NCBI GenBank assembly: GCA_043819795.1
Contig: JBDREN010000114.1
Coordinates: forward strand, 1-31,592
Direction of reading: 5' to 3'
Source: Elusimicrobiota bacterium
GTDB lineage: Bacteria > Elusimicrobiota > Elusimicrobia > UBA1565
Length of the DNA stretch: 31,592 nucleotides
The translations under genes were made by a program, and so were the position numbers. Shown here one piece after another: positions 26,167-31,592 of the stretch. The notes under the pieces are model-generated. The model worked only from the letters and a program-made list of their open reading frames with translations, was not told the DNA's origin and made no database searches. Position 1 is the first letter of the stretch, and the number at the start of each line of letters is the position of its first letter.

Positions 26167-28607
26167 TGAAGGATAGCGCGCCGCTGCCCATAACGCCCTT
26201 CCGCGACCGGATACTCCAAGCTCTGAAGAAGACCGGAAGCCTGATCCTGACCGCGCCCACGGGGAGCGGGAAGTCCACGCAGGTCCCGAAATTCCTGTTC
26301 GAGAGCGGACGGGATTTCCCCGGCACGATCCTGGTGCTCCAGCCCCGCAGGCTCGCGGCTCGGGCCCTCGCGAGCCGGGTGGCCCATGAGACGGGCAAGC
26401 GTCTCGGCAGGGAGATCGGCTACAAGGTCCGCTTCGACAGCCGCTGCGACCGCCACACGAGCGTCGTCTTCCAGACCTACGGGGTCTTCATCCAGCAGCT
26501 CATGCAGGACCCTTCCGTCAAGAAAGCGGGCGTCGTCATCCTCGACGAATTCCACGAGCGGACCCTCGAATGCGACCTGGCGCTCGCGTGGCTCAAGGCG
26601 GTCCGAGATAAAGTCCGCCCGGACTTGAAGATGGCCGTCATGTCCGCCACTCTGGACGTGGGCGGGCTTTCCCGCTATCTCCCCGGCTCGGAGCACGTCC
26701 ACGTGCCGGGGAGACCCTTTCCCGTGGACATCCGGCAGATGCCTCCCCTCAACCGGGAAGGACTCGCGGAGAACGCCCTCCGGGCTCTCAGGCTCCTGCG
26801 CCAGGAGGGGCTCTCCGGGGCGGCCCTCGTATTCATGCCCGGCATGAGGGAGATACGGCGGACGGTTTCCGCGCTCGGTCCGTTCTGCGGGGAGGCGGGG
26901 TTCGCCCTGCAACAGCTCCACGGGTCCATGGGGCTCGAACTGCAGAACAGGATCATGGAGTTCCCGGCGGACAAGCCCCGGGTCATCGTCTCGACCAACG
27001 TGGCGGAGACCTCGCTCACCATCCCGGGGGTCAACGCGGTCATCGACAGCGGCTGGCACCGCATCGCGGGCTACAGCCCGGCGCGCGACATCAACACCCT
27101 CTATCTCGCCCGGATCAGCCGATGGAACGCCACCCAGCGCGCGGGGCGGGCGGGCCGGACCGCTCCGGGCCGCTGCCTGCGGCTGTGGTCGGAGGCGGAG
27201 GACCTGTCCATGCACGACTCCGTCGCCCCCGAGGTCGCGCGGCTGGAGCTGAGCTCTCTTCGGCTGAAGGCCGCCTTCCTGCCGCACGGCCTGGATTGGC
27301 CCACTCCGCCCAAGAAAGAGGCGCTCGACGCCGCCGGCCGGACCCTGGAATCGATCAAGGCACTCGACGGCAAGGGCCGGATCACGGCCAAAGGCCGGAC
27401 GCTGGTCCGCTATCCGGTCGCGCCCAGGCTCGCCTCCGTGCTGGAAGGCGCGGAAAGCCTCGTCCGGGAGGACTATGAAGAGGCGTGCGCGATGGTCGCG
27501 GCCCTCGAAAGCTCGACGGATCGCCGCAAGGACCGTACCGTGGACCTGCGCGCCGCGGCCGAGCGCCTCTCGGCCGGAGACGACGAGGACCTGCCCTGGG
27601 AGGCCTCCGCGCTCTTCAGGCAGCTCAAGCGCCTGGGCGCGGACGAGCGTCACGCGGTAAGGAGAAAGCCCGGCGAAAGCGGCCTGGGCGAGCTGTGGCT
27701 CGAGGCCTTCGCCGACCGGCTGGCCGCGAGGCAGGCGGAGAGCCTCGTCTACAGGCTCGCCGACGGCCGCAAGGCGCTTCTGCCGGTCGAGAAAGGCCGC
27801 ACGCCCCCGAGCCTCATCCTGGCTATGGATATCCGCGAGACGGCCGGGGCGGGGCAGGCCCGCCAGGTGGCCGTCACAATTCATCTCCCGTGCGAGCCGG
27901 AGGCGGTCCAACGACGCTTCCCGGATGAATGCCTCTGGAAGCACGTCGTGGAATTCGACGGCAAGCGCATGGCGGTCGTGAAGGAGAAGAGGTTGATGTT
28001 CCGGAGCCTCGCCATCGTGAGCAAGCCCGCCGAGATGGGCCGCCCGGACCGGCAGGCCGCGGCCGCGCTGTGGGCCGAGAAGCTCGCGAGCGGGGAGGTG
28101 ACGCACGCGAGCCGCGACAAGAACGTGGAGCAGCTCGTCACGCGCATCCGCCTCGCCCATAAGTTCTATCCCGAATACGGGTACTCGAAGCTGGACCAAG
28201 ACGACTGGAGGCTCATCTATGAAGGAGTCTGCGCGGGGAGGAACACCCTAAGGGAGATCGAGCAGGTCTCCCTGACGGCGCATATCGGCCGCTATCTCGG
28301 CGCCCAGGCCATGGACTTCCTGGATAAGACGCTCCCCACGCGCAGGAAGCTCCCCTCCGGAAGGATGGGCAAGCTCGCTTATTTCGAGAAACAGCCGGCC
28401 GAGCTTTCGGCCAAGATCGGGGACCTGCTGGGGATGAGCGGCGCCCTCAGCCTCTGCGAAGGGCGCCTGCCCGTGCTCTTCGACATCCTCGCGCCCAACT
28501 TCCGGACCGTGCAGAAGACGCTCGACCTGACCGAGTTCTGGAAGAACGCCTACCCCGCCCTCAAGGTTGAGCTCCGCCGCAGGTATCCCAAGCACCCCTG
28601 GCCCTAA
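26166..28607 (+). CDS. hrpB: ATP-dependent DEAH-box RNA helicase HrpB (813 aa)
   Basis: TGATG coupling; APTGSGKST, ILDEFHER, MSAT, STNVAETSLTI, QRAGRAGR; HrpB C-terminus LRRRYPKHPWP. Confidence 0.93.
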   Translation: MKDSAPLPITPFRDRILQALKKTGSLILTAPTGSGKSTQVPKFLFESGRDFPGTILVLQPRRLAARALASRVAHETGKRLGREIGYKVRFDSRCDRHTSVVFQTYGVFIQQLMQDPSVKKAGVVILDEFHERTLECDLALAWLKAVRDKVRPDLKMAVMSATLDVGGLSRYLPGSEHVHVPGRPFPVDIRQMPPLNREGLAENALRALRLLRQEGLSGAALVFMPGMREIRRTVSALGPFCGEAGFALQQLHGSMGLELQNRIMEFPADKPRVIVSTNVAETSLTIPGVNAVIDSGWHRIAGYSPARDINTLYLARISRWNATQRAGRAGRTAPGRCLRLWSEAEDLSMHDSVAPEVARLELSSLRLKAAFLPHGLDWPTPPKKEALDAAGRTLESIKALDGKGRITAKGRTLVRYPVAPRLASVLEGAESLVREDYEEACAMVAALESSTDRRKDRTVDLRAAAERLSAGDDEDLPWEASALFRQLKRLGADERHAVRRKPGESGLGELWLEAFADRLAARQAESLVYRLADGRKALLPVEKGRTPPSLILAMDIRETAGAGQARQVAVTIHLPCEPEAVQRRFPDECLWKHVVEFDGKRMAVVKEKRLMFRSLAIVSKPAEMGRPDRQAAAALWAEKLASGEVTHASRDKNVEQLVTRIRLAHKFYPEYGYSKLDQDDWRLIYEGVCAGRNTLREIEQVSLTAHIGRYLGAQAMDFLDKTLPTRRKLPSGRMGKLAYFEKQPAELSAKIGDLLGMSGALSLCEGRLPVLFDILAPNFRTVQKTLDLTEFWKNAYPALKVELRRRYPKHPWP

Positions 28608-28646
28608 CAGTGCCTAACGGATTCCGGTGCCGTGACCCGCAATAAA

Positions 28647-28675
28647 TTGACAGCGCGGGCCGTGAACCGTACTAT
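28647..28675 (+). promoter_or_regulatory. Near-consensus sigma70 promoter of mnmA
   Basis: TTGACA (28647-28652), 17-bp spacer, TACTAT (28670-28675); AATAAA directly upstream. Confidence 0.8.
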
Positions 28676-28683
28676 ATGGCATC

Positions 28684-29811
28684 ATGCGGGAAGGACACGA
28701 AGACCCGATCGGCGAGAGGGTCGTCGTCGCCATGAGCGGGGGCGTGGACTCCTCCGTGGCGGTGGCCCTGCTCAAGAACCGGGGATACGAGGCCGTCGGC
28801 GTCACCCTGGACCTGAAGCCCCCCGTCGCTGGCCGCGGGCCGTCGAACGAGCGGGACGCCAAACGCGTCTGCGCCCTCCTGGGAATCCCGCATCACACGC
28901 TGGACATGCGGGACCTCTTCGACTCCCGCGTGGTCACCCCCTTCGTCGAGAGCTACCTGGAGGGCCTGACGCCCAACCCATGCGTGGAATGCAACCGCCA
29001 CGTCAAGTTCGGACGTTTGCTGGACATGATCTCCACCTGGGACGCGCGATATCTGGCGACCGGACATTACGCCCGGGTCGAAGAGGCGGGGACATTCCGC
29101 CGCCTGCTGAAGGCGGCCGATGCGGGGAAGGACCAGAGCTACTTTTTGTATCGCCTGAGCCAGAAAGAGCTCGGCAAGGCGATCTTCCCCGTGGGCGGGA
29201 TGACAAAGACCGAAGTGCGGGCCGAAGCCAGGCGGCTGAAACTGCCCACCGCGGAAAGGCCGCAGAGCCAGGACGTGTGCTTCATCCCGCGGGGGGATTA
29301 TCGGAGGTTCTTGGCCGTCCATGCGGGGCGCCCCCATGCTCCGGGCCGGATCCGGGACGCCGGCGGACGGATATTGGGTACGCATCGGGGGCTATCCTCC
29401 TACACGATCGGCCAGAGACGGGGCATCGGGATCAGCGCCAAGGAGCCGATGTTCGTGATCGAGCTCGATACCGCGACCAACACCCTCGTCGTGGGACCGG
29501 AGAATGAAGCCCTGGCCTCGTCCTGCCGGGTCCGCCGGGTCTCATGGACCCGGCCCATGCCTGAGCGTCGCTTGACCGCTTCGGTCAAGATCCGGCACCG
29601 CCACAGGGGTGAGGAGGCGATCCTCGACGTCTCCGGCGATGGGCGGGAAGCGGCCGTCCGTTTTTCGGCTCCCCAAAGGGCCGTCACGCCGGGGCAGTCC
29701 GCTGTATTCTACGAGGGAGACGAGGTCCTCGGCGGCGGCATCATCAGCCGGCCCGACCCGGCGCGCGGGAGCGTCCCGCCTTCTCCCGACCCCTCGCGCC
29801 GCGGGCGATAG
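28684..29811 (+). CDS. mnmA: tRNA-specific 2-thiouridylase
   Basis: AMSGGVDS, TPNPCVECN, ATGHYAR, KDQSYFL, SQDVCF, YTIGQRRG, TPGQSAVFY. Confidence 0.96.
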   Translation: MREGHEDPIGERVVVAMSGGVDSSVAVALLKNRGYEAVGVTLDLKPPVAGRGPSNERDAKRVCALLGIPHHTLDMRDLFDSRVVTPFVESYLEGLTPNPCVECNRHVKFGRLLDMISTWDARYLATGHYARVEEAGTFRRLLKAADAGKDQSYFLYRLSQKELGKAIFPVGGMTKTEVRAEARRLKLPTAERPQSQDVCFIPRGDYRRFLAVHAGRPHAPGRIRDAGGRILGTHRGLSSYTIGQRRGIGISAKEPMFVIELDTATNTLVVGPENEALASSCRVRRVSWTRPMPERRLTASVKIRHRHRGEEAILDVSGDGREAAVRFSAPQRAVTPGQSAVFYEGDEVLGGGIISRPDPARGSVPPSPDPSRRGR

Positions 29812-29979
29812 CGGGCTCAAGAAGACGCCTCTTCAATAAGCGAGAAGGGCTCCTTCGGCGGATGGGCCTCCTGTTGTGGTGAAAGCGTTGCTATTCATAC
29901 AATGAACCCTGGAAACAATGACTATCTCTCTGAAAATGGGCGAGAATATCAGCATTTTGGAGACATGCGAGGAGAGGCG

Positions 29980-31188
29980 ATGATCCCGCCGCGGGAAGCC
30001 CTGGGGCGGATCATCGAAGCGGTGCGGCCCCTCGGCTCGGAGGAGGTCCCGCTTGCCGCCTGCGTCGGCCGGGTGTTGGCGAAGGATCTCTCGGCCTCGA
30101 TCGAGAATCCGCCTTTCGACAACTCGTCCATGGACGGATACGCCGTGAAGGCCCGGGATACGGCGGAGGCCTCTCGGTTAAGGCCCGTGCTGTTGGGTCT
30201 ATCGGGCGAGATCCCCGCCGGCCACCCCTCGGCCTCCTCCCTTCCTTCCGGGAAGGCGGCCAGGATCCTCACCGGCGCGCCCATGCCGCGCGGAGCCGAC
30301 GCTGTGGTCATGCAGGAACAAACGGACCTATCGGACGGGCGGGTCAAAGTCTTCTCCAGCGTGGACCCGAAAGAGAATGTCCGATCCGCCGGCGAGGACG
30401 TGCGCAAGGGAGATCCCCTGCTTCCCGCGGGCCGAACGCTCAACCCCCTCGAAGTCGCCCTGCTCGCCAGCCAAGGAGTGGTCCGGGTCCCGGTGGCGCG
30501 CCGTCCAAGGACCGCCATAGTGGCGACCGGCAGCGAACTCGTGCGGCCCGCTGAGGCGCCCGCCTTCGGCCAACTGAGGGACAGCAACGGCCCCTGCCTG
30601 GCGGCCGCGGTCCGGCAAGCGGGCGCGGAGCCCGTGGATCACGGGATCGTGCGGGACCGGCCCGATCTGCTCACCGACGCCTTCGCCAAGGCCCTGGACG
30701 GCGCCGACCTCCTGCTGGTCAGCGGGGGCGTCTCGGTCGGCGACTACGACCACACCCGGAAGGTCCTCGAAGAGCTCGGCATGAAGACGCTCTTCTGGAG
30801 GGTGGCCGTCAAGCCGGGAAAGCCCCTCCTTTTCGGGATGCGCGGGTCCACCGCGGTGTTCGGCCTCCCCGGAAACCCGGTCTCGGTCTGGGTCAGCTTC
30901 GAGGAGTTCGTCCGGCCGGCGATCGGGAAAATGCTGGGCCGGCCCGCGGAAGACAGATGGCGTTTTCGGGGCAAAGCGGTCAACGAGTTCCGCCTTCCGC
31001 CCGACAGGCAGCAGTATCTGTTCTGCCGGGCCAGCCAAGAGGGAGACGACGTCGAGCTCCGCATCATCCGTCCCCAGGGCTCCGGCATGCTCGGCATGGC
31101 GTCCAAGGCCAACGCCCTCGCCATGAGCCCCCCGGGCGCCCGGCAGGTCGGCATAGGAGAGATCCTCCCGTTCCGATGGATAGGATGA
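29980..31188 (+). CDS. moeA: Molybdopterin molybdotransferase
   Basis: PPFDNSSMDGYAV, ILTGAPMPRGADAVVMQE, TGSEL, DSN, SGGVSVGDYD, KPGKP, GLPGNPVS; GAGGAG RBS supports ATG 29980. Confidence 0.96.
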   Translation: MIPPREALGRIIEAVRPLGSEEVPLAACVGRVLAKDLSASIENPPFDNSSMDGYAVKARDTAEASRLRPVLLGLSGEIPAGHPSASSLPSGKAARILTGAPMPRGADAVVMQEQTDLSDGRVKVFSSVDPKENVRSAGEDVRKGDPLLPAGRTLNPLEVALLASQGVVRVPVARRPRTAIVATGSELVRPAEAPAFGQLRDSNGPCLAAAVRQAGAEPVDHGIVRDRPDLLTDAFAKALDGADLLLVSGGVSVGDYDHTRKVLEELGMKTLFWRVAVKPGKPLLFGMRGSTAVFGLPGNPVSVWVSFEEFVRPAIGKMLGRPAEDRWRFRGKAVNEFRLPPDRQQYLFCRASQEGDDVELRIIRPQGSGMLGMASKANALAMSPPGARQVGIGEILPFRWIG

Positions 31189-31265
31189 TTGCACCCGCCC
31201 TCAAAGGCCGCGGCGCCTTTCGACGCGGACACGACGGAGGACCCGCGAGAGGCGGAGAGCCCGCT

Positions 31266-31592
31266 ATGAAGCGACTCCTCATCGATTCATTCGGCCGCCG
31301 GATCACCTATCTGCGCCTCTCGGTCACGGACCGCTGCAATCTGAAGTGCGTCTACTGCGTGCCCGCCGGGGGAGCCGGCGAAAGCCGCGGCCGCGCGCTC
31401 TTGAACGACGACGAGATCGTCTCGCTGGTCCGCTGCTTCTCGGATCTCGGCGTCAGCCGTGTGCGGATCACCGGAGGCGAGCCCCTTGTCCGGCGCGGGC
31501 TCCCGGAGCTCCTGGGCAGGGTAGCCTCCGTGGCCGGGATCGAGGAGGTGTCTCTCAGCACCAACGGACTCCTTCTTGGGGCCTTGGCTGCC
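31266..31592 (+). CDS. moaA: GTP 3',8-cyclase (radical SAM), partial, runs off the window
   Basis: Not in the ORF track. Hand translation: MKRLLIDSFGRRITYLRLSVTDRCNLKCVYC...VRITGGEPL...LSTNG. Alternative in-frame ATG 31185 overlaps the moeA stop. Confidence 0.93.
   Translation, partial: MKRLLIDSFGRRITYLRLSVTDRCNLKCVYCVPAGGAGESRGRALLNDDEIVSLVRCFSDLGVSRVRITGGEPLVRRGLPELLGRVASVAGIEEVSLSTNGLLLGALAA

Noticed and set aside
28602..28611. CCCTAACAGT identical to 17870-17879, possible MITE footprint
   Set aside because: Only 10 nt, includes a Pro codon plus stop, and no further similarity
29812..29979. Possible Moco riboswitch or ModE site upstream of moeA
   Set aside because: Only fragmentary resemblance and no convincing multi-stem structure by eye; an Rfam cmscan would be decisive. 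A weak TTGTGG-18-TACAAT promoter (29874-29903) is possible but unsupported

Overview
High-GC bacterial chromosomal window; the taxon cannot be assigned from the sequence alone. Left to right: a lower-GC edge with a tandem-HTH (XRE/Cro) regulator, a heme catalase (minus strand) and a 5'-truncated acetate kinase remnant. Next is a ~14.2 kb co-oriented cluster (3716-17875): receiver+USP-like protein, unannotated 31-aa membrane peptide, SLC13/TrkA-C permease, cytidylate-kinase-like/BON-like/receiver fusion, two paralogous Cache histidine kinases, a probable ChpT-like pseudo-kinase phosphotransferase, three stand-alone receivers, TauE/SafE exporter plus partner membrane protein, and a PEP-synthase-like dikinase lacking the PEP-binding barrel. 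The cluster is bracketed by two partial copies of a MITE-like repeat. After it come a truncated CsgG/FlgT-like gene, a secreted collagen-like protein with its own promoter and terminator, an exported EEP hydrolase, an RND pump + TolC pair with no adaptor, hrpB, mnmA (apparently near-leaderless), moeA and the start of moaA. No rRNA, tRNA, CRISPR array or transposase was seen. The best candidate for an under-described system is the phosphorelay cluster: five receivers, none with a DNA-binding output, linked to transporters and an orphan His-phosphotransfer enzyme. All family calls come from motif recognition by eye, not database searches.
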